Notes under the pieces: generated by a model
Told to the model about the DNA's origin: nothing
Database searches by the model: none
Seen by the model: the letters and a program-made list of their open reading frames with translations, nothing else
Made by a program: the position numbers and the translations under genes
Source of the DNA: Allosphingosinicella sp.
Lineage (GTDB): Bacteria > Pseudomonadota > Alphaproteobacteria > Sphingomonadales > Sphingomonadaceae
DNA length: 64,000 nt
Assembly: GCA_035942355.1 (NCBI GenBank)
Contig: DASZDE010000073.1
Coordinates: 8,773-72,772 of the forward strand
Direction of reading: 5' to 3'
In this document: positions 9,715 to 20,946 of the stretch, piece after piece
How the letters are laid out: each line of letters starts with the position of its first letter
Numbering within the stretch: the first letter of the stretch is position 1

Positions 9715-10359
9715 ATGCACATCCTTTATTATTCGCCCGGCGCCTGCTCGCTGGCGCCCCACATCGTCCTCGAGGAGACCGGCATATTGTTCGAGGCGCG
9801 GCGCGTCAGCATCGCCGACGGCGAGCTGCGCAGCGCCGACTATCGCGCGATCAACCCGAAGGAGCGGGTGCCGGCGCTGGCCGTCGACGGCGAGGTGCTG
9901 ACCGAGGTGCCGGCCCTGCTCGCCTATCTGGCCAGCCTCGCGCCCGCGGCCGAGCTGGTGCCGCCCGCGGGGACGGTGGCATTCGGCCGCTGCTTCGAGT
10001 TGATGGCGTTCCTGTCGAGCTCGCTCCACATCGCTTATGCCCAATTGTGGCGGCCGGAGCGCTTCCTGCCCGAGGATTTCGCCGGGCGCGGCGCCTTCAC
10101 CGAGCAGGGCAGGAAAACGGTCCGCCGCCACAGCGCCGAGATCGAGGCGGGGCTCGGCGGGGAGTGGGCGCTCGGGCCGCGCTACAGCATCGCCGACGCC
10201 TATCTGTTCCCCTTCTACCGCTGGGGCGTCCGGATCGGCCTTGCCATGGCGGATGAGCATCCGCGCTGGACGGCGTGGAAGGACCGGATGATCCGCCGCC
10301 CAGCGGTGATCCGCGCGGTCGGGCGCGAGGGGATCGGCTTCGACTGGGCGCCGGTTTGA
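9715..10359 (+). CDS. Glutathione S-transferase
   Basis: LYYSPGACSLAPHIVLEE, INPKERVPAL, LTEVPALLAYL, YSIADAYLF. Confidence 0.92.
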   Translation: MHILYYSPGACSLAPHIVLEETGILFEARRVSIADGELRSADYRAINPKERVPALAVDGEVLTEVPALLAYLASLAPAAELVPPAGTVAFGRCFELMAFLSSSLHIAYAQLWRPERFLPEDFAGRGAFTEQGRKTVRRHSAEIEAGLGGEWALGPRYSIADAYLFPFYRWGVRIGLAMADEHPRWTAWKDRMIRRPAVIRAVGREGIGFDWAPV

Positions 10360-10401
10360 TCGAGCGGGAGCAGCGCGACGCGGCAGCTGCGTCCGACGGC
10401 T

Positions 10402-10430
10402 CTTGAAACCGTCCGTATGGGTACTAAATC
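10402..10430 (+). promoter_or_regulatory. RpoH (sigma32)-type promoter
   Basis: CTTGAA-N15/16-aCTAAAT resembles the alphaproteobacterial CTTGAA-N16-CCTATAT consensus; upstream of hsp20. Confidence 0.55.
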
Positions 10431-10533
10431 TTCCTCGCCGGATGCCAGAACGGGTCCGGCATGAGGGCCCCGCCCTCGCGGAGCATCGGGTGAGCATCGC
10501 CCCGCGATGCCCGGGTCATGCGCCGGATGCTCT

Positions 10534-10568
10534 CACATTCACGTTGCTCAAAGGAGGACATGGATATG
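10534..10568 (+). promoter_or_regulatory. ROSE-type RNA thermometer hairpin
   Basis: UUGCUC (10544-10549) pairs with GAGGA of the SD with a bulged G; the stem continues through AUG 10566. Confidence 0.8.
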
Positions 10569-11045
10569 AGGACAAATTTCGACTTCACCCCGTTCCGCCG
10601 CTCGACGGTCGGCTTCGACCGGCTGTTCGACCTGCTGGAGAACGGCACTTCCTTCCAGGCTGACGAGAGCTACCCGCCCTACGACGTCGAGCAGGCCGAT
10701 GCCGACCGCTACCGGATCACGCTCGCGGTCGCCGGCTTCCGGCCGGACGAGATCGACATCACCGCCAAGCAGAATCTGCTGGTCGTGTCGGGCCGCAGGC
10801 AGGAGAATGGCGAGCGCAGCTATGTCCATCGCGGCATCGCCGCCCGCTCGTTCGAGCGCAGCTTCGTGCTCGGCGACTATGTCCAGGTCAAAGGCGCGGA
10901 GCTCAAGGACGGCCTGCTCTCGATCGAACTCGTGCGCGAGATCCCCGAGGAGATGAAGCCGCGCAAGATCGCGATCGGCGGCGGCAGCTCCACCATCGCC
11001 GACCAGCGGGCCGGCAACGACAACCCGGAGCGCGCGGCGGCGTAA
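10566..11045 (+). CDS. ibpA: Small heat shock protein Hsp20, IbpA class
   Basis: MRTNFDFTPFRRSTVGFDRLFD, YPPYDV, HRGIAARSFERSF, GLLSIEL. Confidence 0.92.
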   Translation: MRTNFDFTPFRRSTVGFDRLFDLLENGTSFQADESYPPYDVEQADADRYRITLAVAGFRPDEIDITAKQNLLVVSGRRQENGERSYVHRGIAARSFERSFVLGDYVQVKGAELKDGLLSIELVREIPEEMKPRKIAIGGGSSTIADQRAGNDNPERAAA

Positions 11046-11065
11046 GTCCGGCCCGCGTCCGTCGG

Positions 11066-11090
11066 CGGCCCCGGCCCGACGCCGGGGCCG
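11066..11090. terminator. GC-rich hairpin between the two hsp20 genes
   Basis: CGGCCCCGGC-ccgac-GCCGGGGCCG; no U-tract, so it may be a stabilising or processing stem. Confidence 0.35.
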
Positions 11091-11129
11091 GCCGGCACGT
11101 GCCACTCTAACCAACCATGGAGGCAAGCT

Positions 11130-11672
11130 ATGAACATGCGTGACCTGATCCCGTGGGGCCGGCAGAGCAGCACGGCCCCGGCTGTCTATCCGCGGGAAGA
11201 GAGCAACCCCCTCGTCAGCTTCCGCCGCGACGTCGAACGGTTGTTCGACGATTTCTTTCGCGGCACCGGCCTTGGCCCCAGCCTTGGCTCCGGCTTCGGT
11301 TCCGGCCTGGGGCTCGGGGGCGGCTTTGGCGGCGGGCTGGCCTGGCCGAGCGTCGAGGTTAGCGATACCGACCGGGAAGTCCGCATCACCGCTGAGGTCC
11401 CCGGCATGAGCGACAAGGACGTCGAGCTGCTGATGGAGGACGGCGTGCTGACGATCCGCGGCGAGAAGAAGAGCGCGACCGAGGATAAGGACCGCGGCTA
11501 TTCGGAGCGCTATTACGGCCGCTTCGAGCGCCGCATCGCCCTTCCCTCGGGCGTCGACGAGCAAGGCGCCAAGGCCGACTTCCGCGACGGGGTGCTGACC
11601 GTCACCCTGCCCAAGTCGCCGGAAGCGGAGCGCGGCCGGCGCATCCCGATCAACGCGGAAACCAAGCACTGA
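11130..11672 (+). CDS. Small heat shock protein Hsp20, second class
   Basis: MNMRDLIPWGR, AEVPGM, SERYYGRFERRIALP, GVLTVTLPK. Confidence 0.92.
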   Translation: MNMRDLIPWGRQSSTAPAVYPREESNPLVSFRRDVERLFDDFFRGTGLGPSLGSGFGSGLGLGGGFGGGLAWPSVEVSDTDREVRITAEVPGMSDKDVELLMEDGVLTIRGEKKSATEDKDRGYSERYYGRFERRIALPSGVDEQGAKADFRDGVLTVTLPKSPEAERGRRIPINAETKH

Positions 11673-11745
11673 TTGCGCGTTCCAGCCCCGGCTCTCCCGG
11701 CCCAGCCCGGGAGCCGGGGCGCTTTCTCGGCCGCGTGAGGCACGC

Positions 11746-12633
11746 ATGAAGCAGCAAGCGGAGCGGAGCGGCGGACCGGGACCGGAGCCCGGCGCGGGCA
11801 CGGCAGCGCTGCTCCTCATGCTGGCGATGCTGATTTCGGCCTTCCTCGGGGCGGCGGCCTTCTGGTGGCTGTCGGGGCGGTCGGCGGACAGGCCCGTCGC
11901 CGAGCTGCCGGCGCCGGTGCCGGTGACGGCAGTGCCCTTGAGCCGGCTCACGTTGTCGCCGCTGGTCGAGCGGGCGGCGCCGGCGGTGGTGAACATAGCG
12001 GTGCTCCAGCCCTCGCCGCTCGAGCAGAACCCGCTGCTGCGCGATCCCTATTTCCGCCATTTCTTCCGGGTGCCGGACGAAGCGCTGGCGCCGCGGCTGT
12101 CGGCGGGCTCGGGCGTCATCGTCGACGCCGGCCGCGGCCTCGTGCTCACCAACCACCATGTCGTCGACAATGCCCGCGCGATCGAGGTGACCATCGGCGA
12201 GCGGCGGGTCGAGGCGCGGCTGCTCGGCAGCGACCCGGGCACCGACATCGCCGTGCTGCAGATCCCCGCCCGCGGCCTCAGCCAGCTGCCGCTCGGCGAT
12301 TCGAGCCGGCTCGAGGTCGGCGACTATGTGGTCGCGATCGGCAATCCGTTCGAGATCGGCCAGACGGTGACCGCCGGCATCGTCAGCGCGCTCGGGCGGG
12401 GCCGCAGGGGCAGTGGCCCGACCTATGTCCAGACCGACGCGCCGATCAACCCGGGCAATTCGGGCGGGCCGCTGATCAGCATGCGCGGCGAAGTGATCGG
12501 CATCAACTCGGCGATCATCGGCCCCGGCGAAGGCAATGTCGGCATCGGCCTGGCGGTGCCTTCCAACACCGCCCGGCGGGTGATGGAGATCGTCGTCGAG
12601 CGGAGCGGCGCCGCGCCGGGCGCAGCGCGCTGA
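11746..12633 (+). CDS. HtrA/DegP-like trypsin serine protease without PDZ domain
   Basis: Catalytic triad motifs TNHHV, DIAVL and GNSGG; N-terminal TM segment; ORF ends shortly after the protease domain. Confidence 0.88.
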   Translation: MKQQAERSGGPGPEPGAGTAALLLMLAMLISAFLGAAAFWWLSGRSADRPVAELPAPVPVTAVPLSRLTLSPLVERAAPAVVNIAVLQPSPLEQNPLLRDPYFRHFFRVPDEALAPRLSAGSGVIVDAGRGLVLTNHHVVDNARAIEVTIGERRVEARLLGSDPGTDIAVLQIPARGLSQLPLGDSSRLEVGDYVVAIGNPFEIGQTVTAGIVSALGRGRRGSGPTYVQTDAPINPGNSGGPLISMRGEVIGINSAIIGPGEGNVGIGLAVPSNTARRVMEIVVERSGAAPGAAR

Positions 12634-12715
12634 AGGCCCCTGGCAACAGGCCTGGTCAGGGCGCTCGGCAGCGCCCTTCGGCGAACCGGCACCGACCGCC
12701 AGGACCGACCTGTGA

Positions 12716-14410
<1,695 letters not shown>

Positions 14411-14420
14411 GGAGATCGTC

Positions 14421-14732
14421 ATGGCCACCGACATCAAGCTGAGCCCCGGCGAGCTGAGCTGCTTTACCGACAGCGAGCCGTTTTGGGTGATCTGGCAGGT
14501 CAGCCGGCAAGCGCGCGGCAACCGCATCCGGCGGATCTCGCAGGATTACCCAACCGCGGCGCGCGCCGAAGCCGACGCGGCCCAATATCGCAGGTCGGGC
14601 GTCGTTACCTGGGTCGAGGAGGCGCGACGTCTGGCGCCGGCCAACGTGCCCGCCGAGGCGGTGGAGGCGCTTCGCGCCGGCGCCGGCCCCGCCGCCGAGG
14701 TGGTAAGGTCGATCGGCTCCGCCGCCGCCTGA
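14421..14732 (+). CDS. Hypothetical 103-aa protein downstream of groEL
   Basis: AAGGAG RBS 10 nt after the groEL stop; no family recognised. Confidence 0.6.
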   Translation: MATDIKLSPGELSCFTDSEPFWVIWQVSRQARGNRIRRISQDYPTAARAEADAAQYRRSGVVTWVEEARRLAPANVPAEAVEALRAGAGPAAEVVRSIGSAAA

Positions 14733-14734
14733 GC

Positions 14735-14763
14735 TTGACTTTTTGCACTGCAGCATGCATAAG
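14735..14763 (+). promoter_or_regulatory. sigma70-type promoter for the DEAD-box helicase
   Basis: TTGACT-N17-CATAAG, about 200 nt upstream of ATG 14964. Confidence 0.5.
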
Positions 14764-14963
14764 GCTGCCCAGCGAAGCATCATCGCAGCGTGATCGCCCC
14801 AACCGGGCCGGCTCTGCTTCGTAGATTTCCAGGCTTTCCCTGTTCACGCGGGTCGGCACAAGGCCCCCGCGAAAGCATTGCTTTGCGGGGTCCATCACCC
14901 GCTGCGTTCCTGCGCGCCGTTCCGGCTACGCGGCCCGCCGCACATTTTGTGAGTCACCTTACC

Positions 14964-16283
14964 ATGTCATTCGAAAATCTAGGGCTGTCGCAGCCCGTCC
15001 TGCAGGCGCTTGCGCTGAAGGAATATTCTGTCTCCACCCCGATCCAGGAGCAGGCGATCCCGCTCCTGCTCAAGGGCCGCGACCTGCTCGGCATCGCCCA
15101 GACGGGCACCGGCAAGACGGCCGCGTTCATGCTGCCGTCGATCGACCGGCTCAGCCGGTCGGACAAGCGCCCGCAGCCGCGGACCTGCCGGATGCTGGTG
15201 CTGGCGCCGACGCGCGAGCTCGCCAGCCAGATCGCCGAGAGCGCACGGGCGTATAGCCGCTTCAGCCACATGAGCGTCGCCACCGTGTTCGGCGGCACCT
15301 CGGTCGCCAAGGACCGGCAGGCGCTGGCGCGCGGCGTCGACGTGCTGGTGGCGACGCCCGGGCGCCTGATCGACCTGATCGAGCAGGGCTTCCTGACGCT
15401 GCGGGCGGTCGAGATCCTGGTGCTCGACGAGGCCGACCAGATGCTCGACCTCGGCTTCATCCATGCGCTGAAGCAGATCGTCAAGCTGCTGCCGGCCCGA
15501 CGCCAGACCCTGTTCTTCTCGGCGACCATGCCGAAGGCGATCCGGGAACTGGCCGATCGCTTCCTCACCGATCCGGCCGAAGTGTCGGTGGCGCCGGCCG
15601 CGACCACGGTCGAGCGGGTCGACCAATATGTCACCTTCGTCCAGCAGGCGGAAAAGCAGGCTTTGCTCACCATGATGCTGCGCGCCGGCTTTTCCGAGCG
15701 CGGCAATATGGACCGCGTCCTCATCTTCACCCGCACCAAGCATGGCGCCGACCGGGTCGTCAAATTGCTCGCCGGCAACGGCATCGCCGCCAACGCCATT
15801 CACGGCAATAAGAGCCAGCCGCAGCGCGAACGCGCGCTCGCCGAGTTCAAGGGCGGCAAGGCCAAGATCCTGGTCGCGACCGACATCGCCGCGCGCGGCA
15901 TCGACGTGTCGGGCGTCAGCCACGTCATCAACTTCGAGCTGCCCAACGTCTCCGAACAATATGTGCACCGGATCGGGCGGACCGCCCGGGCGGGCGCGGC
16001 CGGCGTCGCCATCGCTTATTGCGCCGAGGACGAGCGGGCCTACCTCAAGGGGATCGAAAAGCTTACCCGCCAGCGCATCGAAGTGGTGCCGTTGCCCGAG
16101 AATTTCGTCGCCGAGGCGAACCGGATCAAGGCGAGCCGCGTCGGCCCCGCGCCCGTCGAACGGCTGGAGCGGGCTGCCGAGGACCGCAACCGCGTCCGCC
16201 GGCCGAAGAGCCGCCGGCCCAATTTCGGTTCGGCCGGCGCGCCCCGGAGCAATCGGGCGCGGCGCAGGGCTTCGGGGCGTTAA
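14964..16283 (+). CDS. rhlE: DEAD-box RNA helicase, RhlE-like
   Basis: Q motif, AQTGTGKT, PTRELA, DEAD, SAT, ARGIDV, HRIGRTARAG; basic tail. Confidence 0.93.
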   Translation: MSFENLGLSQPVLQALALKEYSVSTPIQEQAIPLLLKGRDLLGIAQTGTGKTAAFMLPSIDRLSRSDKRPQPRTCRMLVLAPTRELASQIAESARAYSRFSHMSVATVFGGTSVAKDRQALARGVDVLVATPGRLIDLIEQGFLTLRAVEILVLDEADQMLDLGFIHALKQIVKLLPARRQTLFFSATMPKAIRELADRFLTDPAEVSVAPAATTVERVDQYVTFVQQAEKQALLTMMLRAGFSERGNMDRVLIFTRTKHGADRVVKLLAGNGIAANAIHGNKSQPQRERALAEFKGGKAKILVATDIAARGIDVSGVSHVINFELPNVSEQYVHRIGRTARAGAAGVAIAYCAEDERAYLKGIEKLTRQRIEVVPLPENFVAEANRIKASRVGPAPVERLERAAEDRNRVRRPKSRRPNFGSAGAPRSNRARRRASGR

Positions 16284-16299
16284 GAGCGGCGCCCATTCT

Positions 16300-16384
16300 G
16301 TCATCCCAGCGCAGGCCGGAACCCAAGACCACGAGACGTGTCGAAAACATAGTGTTCTTGGGTTCCGGGGTTCCCCGGAATGAC
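16300..16384. repeat. Palindromic REP/RPE-like element, family A (intergenic)
   Basis: GTCATCCCAGCGCAGGCCGGAACCCAAGA ... TCTTGGGTTCCGGGGTTCCCCGGAATGAC imperfect inverted arms; related to 54005-54092. Confidence 0.75.
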
Positions 16385-16439
16385 GGGTGGTGGAACGTAG
16401 CCTCTCCCCTCGAAGGGCGAGGAAAGCTACGGGCGTCTT

Positions 16440-18473
16440 GTGATCCGCGCCTCCGCCCTGCTGCTCCTCTCGCTTCCCGCCCCGGCGCTTGCGCAGGAGC
16501 AGGAGATCGTCGTCACGGGGCGTGGGCTCGGCGAGGCGGTCGGTGAGGACGTGTACGACGTCGTGGAGATCGGCCGCGACCGCCTGGCCGGCTCGGCCTC
16601 GAACCGGCTCGACGAGATTTTGAAGGACGTGCCCGGCTTCCAACTGTTCCGGCGGTCGGACGCGCGCTCTGCCAATCCGACCAGCCAGGGCGCGACCCTG
16701 CGGGCGCTCGGCGGCAACGCGTCGAGCCGGGCCTTGCTGATCCTGGACGGGGTGCCGCAAAGCGATCCGTTCGGCGGCTGGGTGAACTGGCCGGCCTACG
16801 ATCCGCGGCGGCTCGGCCGGGTGCGGGTGGTGCGCGGCGGCGGCAGCGGCGCTTCGGGGCCGGGCGCGCTGGCCGGTACGATCGAGCTCGAAAGCGCCGG
16901 GCCGGGCGAACTCGAAGGGGTGAGCGGCGACCTCGCTTATGGCAGCCGCGACAGCCTCGACGGCCATGCCAGCCTGGGCGCGCGCCTCGGCGGCGGTTTT
17001 GCAAGCCTGTCGGGGAGCTTCGCCCGCGGCGACGGCTTCGTTCCTATCGTCGAGGAGGATCGCGGACCGATCGACCGGCCGTCGCCTTATGAGCAGGCGA
17101 GCGTGGCGGTGCGGGGGGTGGCGCCGGTTGCCGCGGGCGTCGAGCTGCAGGCGAGCGGGCTGTGGTTTTCGGATGAGCGCGAGCGCGGCGTGCCCTTCAC
17201 CGCCATCCGCACCACCGGCTACGATGCCTCGGTGCGGCTGGTCGGGCGGCGCTGGTCGGCGCTCGCCTATCTGCAGACGCGGGACTTCTACAACAGCTTC
17301 GCGGCGATCGACGACGTGCGGTCGGTCGCGAACCAGGTGGCGGAGCAGTATCAGGTGCCCTCATCCGGGCGTGGCGCCCGCCTCGAATATCGGCCGGCGC
17401 TCGGCCCCGTCCAGCTCCGGCTCGGCGGCGACTGGCGCGACACGGCCGGCCGCACGCAGGAGCGTTTCTTCTTCCAGAATGGGATCGGGACGCGGCGGCG
17501 GATCGCCGGCGGGCGCACGCGCACGCTCGGCAGCTTCGCGGAAGCGGCTTGGGAAAGTGGGCCGCTGACGGTAACCGGCGGCGGCCGGATCGATCGGTGG
17601 CGGATCGAGGACGGTTTCCTCGACGAGCGCGAGTTCGCCACGGGCGCCGTCCTGAACCGGGTCGCCTTCGCCGACCGATCCGGGTGGGAGCCGACCGGGC
17701 GGGCAGGGGCGGCGTACCGGCTGTCGGACCCGGTGACGGTACGGGCCGCCGCCTATCTCGGCTGGCGGCTGCCCACGCTCAACGAGCTCTACCGGCCGTT
17801 CCGGGTCGGCGCCGACGCCACCGCCGCCAATGCCGCGCTTGCCCCGGAGCGGCTGCGCGGGATCGAGGCCGGGATCGTCGTTCGCCCGGCGAGCCGTGCG
17901 CAGCTCAGCGCGATCGCCTTTCACAATCGCCTCGCCAACGGCATCGCCAACGTGACTCTGGGCGAGGGGCCGGGGGTCTTTCCCGGCGTCGGCTTCGTCG
18001 CGCCGGGCGGGCAATATCGGCAGCGGCGGAACCTGGAATCGATCGTATCCCGCGGGATCGAGCTGGACGGGCGGCTCGAGCTCGGCGCGTGGACGCTGTC
18101 CGGCGGCTATTCCTATGCTGACGCCGAGGTCCGTGCGACCGGCGCGGCCTTGCCGCTCGACGGACTGAGACCGGCCCAGACGCCGCGGCACACGGGCGCC
18201 GCGACCATTGCATGGCGCGGCGGCGACGGCGCGCGGGCCGCGTTCACCGCCCGCTATGTCGGCGGCCAATATGAGGACGATCTCAACCAGGCGCTGCTCC
18301 CCGCTGCGCTCACCTTCGACGCGGCGGCCTCGTTGCCGCTGACCCGCGCTTTGGCGATCGAAGCGCGCGCGGAGAACCTGGCCAACCGGCGAGTGGCCGC
18401 TGCCATCGCCGACGGCATCGTCGAGCGGGCGACGCCGCGGACGCTGTGGGTCGGGCTGAGCTTCCGCCACTGA
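16440..18473 (+). CDS. TonB-dependent receptor (short, BtuB-like size)
   Basis: Signal peptide, TonB box EIVVTG, plug motif LILDGVP, VRGGGSG..G.GALAGTI, ENL.N; GTG start. Confidence 0.9.
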   Translation: MIRASALLLLSLPAPALAQEQEIVVTGRGLGEAVGEDVYDVVEIGRDRLAGSASNRLDEILKDVPGFQLFRRSDARSANPTSQGATLRALGGNASSRALLILDGVPQSDPFGGWVNWPAYDPRRLGRVRVVRGGGSGASGPGALAGTIELESAGPGELEGVSGDLAYGSRDSLDGHASLGARLGGGFASLSGSFARGDGFVPIVEEDRGPIDRPSPYEQASVAVRGVAPVAAGVELQASGLWFSDERERGVPFTAIRTTGYDASVRLVGRRWSALAYLQTRDFYNSFAAIDDVRSVANQVAEQYQVPSSGRGARLEYRPALGPVQLRLGGDWRDTAGRTQERFFFQNGIGTRRRIAGGRTRTLGSFAEAAWESGPLTVTGGGRIDRWRIEDGFLDEREFATGAVLNRVAFADRSGWEPTGRAGAAYRLSDPVTVRAAAYLGWRLPTLNELYRPFRVGADATAANAALAPERLRGIEAGIVVRPASRAQLSAIAFHNRLANGIANVTLGEGPGVFPGVGFVAPGGQYRQRRNLESIVSRGIELDGRLELGAWTLSGGYSYADAEVRATGAALPLDGLRPAQTPRHTGAATIAWRGGDGARAAFTARYVGGQYEDDLNQALLPAALTFDAAASLPLTRALAIEARAENLANRRVAAAIADGIVERATPRTLWVGLSFRH

Positions 18474-18544
18474 GGCGGGGAAGGATCGGCTTGCGCCGCC
18501 CGGCAAAAGGTCTGACACCGGGCGGGGAACGACGGGAGAAGCAC

Positions 18545-19033
18545 ATGCTGTTGGCGAAGGCTTGCCTGGCTGTGGCCATGGCGCCGCTGTTGCTGGCGGG
18601 GTGCGGCGGCGGACAAGCCGAACCGGCCGCCGAATCCGCCGCCGAGACTGGTAACGAGTCCCGCATGAAGGAGGGCGACGCGGACCAGATCCTCAAGGCC
18701 GAGACGCTGCAGGCGGTGTTCGACGGCTTCGAGATCGGCGACCTGGTCTGGGCCAGGCTGTCGGCACCGGGACGGGAGGAGCTAACCGCCCTGGTCGGCA
18801 ATCGTCCGGGGCTCGAACATTTCCTCGCCGCGCATCGCGGACGGCCGCTGACGCTCAGGATCGAGACGGTCCGCACCTATGTCGAGCAGGCCGGCGGCGC
18901 GCTCGAGACGCAACGCATCGCCGATGCGCAGACCGCTGAAACCAATGTCGACGCCTGGTGGCAGACGCTCGATCCGGCCGATCGCCGAGCCGCCGAGCAG
19001 GCGACCGAACGGATGATGTACCCGCCGGGCTAG
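18545..19033 (+). CDS. Hypothetical lipoprotein
   Basis: Lipobox LLLAGC; RBS GGGAGAAG. Confidence 0.6.
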   Translation: MLLAKACLAVAMAPLLLAGCGGGQAEPAAESAAETGNESRMKEGDADQILKAETLQAVFDGFEIGDLVWARLSAPGREELTALVGNRPGLEHFLAAHRGRPLTLRIETVRTYVEQAGGALETQRIADAQTAETNVDAWWQTLDPADRRAAEQATERMMYPPG

Positions 19034-19171
19034 GAAAGGTCGCCCGCCTTGCGCTCCGTTCGCCTTGAGAGGAGGCGGAATGGAAAGCAGCGACCGGCGA
19101 CAAAGGTCGGGCGTTGCAGCGGCGGTGCCATCGTGAGAGTAGATCGCCGCGATGAAGGAGGAAGCTGCCTT

Positions 19172-20422
19172 ATGCCGCCCGTCGATCGCCGCCAATTCGT
19201 CGCGCTGGCCGGGGCCGCGGCCACGGCGCTGGCCGCGCCGTCAGCCGCCGCGCCGGTGAAGCCCGCGCTCGCACCGATGACCGGCGGCGCCAAGCCGATC
19301 GGCCGCGACGAGCGCGAGCGCCGGCTCGCCAAGGCGCAGCGGCTGATGCGCGAGCACGGGCTGTCCGCGCTGCTGATCGAGCCGGGCTCGAGCCTGGTCT
19401 ATTTCACCGGCGTGCAATGGTGGCGCAGCGAGCGGCTGACGGCGGCGGTGATCCCGGCCGAAGGCGAGGCTGCGATCTTCACGCCGTTCTTCGAGGAGCC
19501 GTCGGTGCGCGAGAGCCTCGGCATCGCCGCCGAGATCCGCACCTGGAACGAGGATGACGACCCGCTGCAGCTGGTCGGCGGCTGGCTCAAGCAGCGGAAG
19601 CTCGGCGCCGGCCCGGTGGGGATCGAGGAGACGGTCCGCTATTTCGCCGTCGACGGGTTGAAGCGCGCGCTCCCCGGCGCCGAGATCCGTTCCGGTGCGG
19701 CGGTGGTGCGCGGCTGCCGAATGGTCAAGTCGCCGGCCGAGCTCGCGCTGATGCAGCTGGCCGCCGACGTCACCGTCGCCGCCTACCGCCATACCTGGCC
19801 GCGGATCGAGCGCGGCATGACCCCCGCCGACATAGGCGCGATCATGAATGAGGCGACGGCCGCGCTCGGCGGCCATCCGGAGTTCGCGCTGGTGCTGCTC
19901 GGCGAGGCGAGCGCCTATCCGCACGGCTCGGGCAAGCCGCAGCAGGTCAGGGAGGGCGAGGTGGTGCTGATGGATTGCGGCTGCAGCGTCCACGGCTACC
20001 AGTCCGACATCTCGCGCACCTTCGTGTTCGGCGAGCCGAGCAAGCGCCAGCGCGAGGTCTGGAACCATATGAAGCGTGGCCAGGAGATCGCCTTCGCGGC
20101 CGCACGGCCCGGCGCGCCAGCCGGCAGCGTCGACGATGCCGTGCGCGCTTATTACGAGACGCTCGGCTACGGCCCCGATTATCGCCTGCCCGGCCTGTCG
20201 CACCGCACCGGCCACGGCATCGGACTCGACGGCCACGAGCCGGTCAACCTGGTGCGCGGCGAGACGACGCCGCTGGCGCCGGGCATGTGCTTCTCGAACG
20301 AGCCCGGCATTTACATACCGGGCGCCTTCGGGGTCAGGCTCGAGGATTGCTTCCACATGACCGCGACCGGGCCGCGCTGGTTCTCGACCCCGCCGCCGTC
20401 GCTCGGCAAGCCGGTCGGCTAG
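19172..20422 (+). CDS. Xaa-Pro aminopeptidase (M24) with Tat signal
   Basis: DRRQF Tat motif; DCGC..GYQSDISRT, HRTGHGIG, NEPG, GVRLED. Confidence 0.92.
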   Translation: MPPVDRRQFVALAGAAATALAAPSAAAPVKPALAPMTGGAKPIGRDERERRLAKAQRLMREHGLSALLIEPGSSLVYFTGVQWWRSERLTAAVIPAEGEAAIFTPFFEEPSVRESLGIAAEIRTWNEDDDPLQLVGGWLKQRKLGAGPVGIEETVRYFAVDGLKRALPGAEIRSGAAVVRGCRMVKSPAELALMQLAADVTVAAYRHTWPRIERGMTPADIGAIMNEATAALGGHPEFALVLLGEASAYPHGSGKPQQVREGEVVLMDCGCSVHGYQSDISRTFVFGEPSKRQREVWNHMKRGQEIAFAAARPGAPAGSVDDAVRAYYETLGYGPDYRLPGLSHRTGHGIGLDGHEPVNLVRGETTPLAPGMCFSNEPGIYIPGAFGVRLEDCFHMTATGPRWFSTPPPSLGKPVG

Positions 20423-20551
20423 AGCGGCCTTCCCGCCACGCACCGGTCCAACTCGACCGGGTCGTGGGCGCACAGCACGCGTATCTCCGCGCGGTGCTCG
20501 ATGGAGAGACGGCGGACCCATTCCGGGCGAGGCGGGACCCGTCTCATGGCA

Positions 20552-20818
20552 TCATCCGCCGGCTTCCGGCTCCTCCGCCGGGACGTCCTGGAAGTAGGGC
20601 TCGACCGGCCCCGACAGCTTGACGGTCATCGGCTGGCCGTAGCGGTCGAGGCTGCGCCCGGCCGCGACCCGAATCCAGCCTTCGCTGACGCAATATTCCT
20701 CGACGTTGGTCTTCTCTTCGCCCTTGAAGCGGATGCCGACGCCGCGCCGCAGCAATTCGGCGTCGAAAAACGGGCTGCGCGGGTTGAGCGACAGGCGGTC
20801 CGGAGGGGTGTCGGTCAC
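20552..20818 (-). CDS. DUF3297-like protein
   Basis: PPDRLSLNPRSPFFD...NVEEYCVSEGWIRV. Confidence 0.75.
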   Translation of the reverse strand: MTDTPPDRLSLNPRSPFFDAELLRRGVGIRFKGEEKTNVEEYCVSEGWIRVAAGRSLDRYGQPMTVKLSGPVEPYFQDVPAEEPEAGG

Positions 20819-20946
20819 GGCTCTTCTCCCGGTCTGGCGTACGGCACCGGCTTAACCGGCAAGCCCGTCAAAGCCAACCTGCCCGTCGGGCTGAATCGCG
20901 CGGCCTCTGGCCCCCCAGGCAGCGGTCGTGGCCCGGCCCGGCCGGT

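Noticed and set aside
14421-14732. GroES or Usg identity for the ORF after groEL
   Set aside because: It matches only in size. It lacks the GroES PLxDRV and mobile-loop motifs and any Usg-like pattern.
16284-16439. Cobalamin riboswitch ahead of the BtuB-sized receptor
   Set aside because: The structure is explained by the family A palindrome, and I could not identify a B12-box
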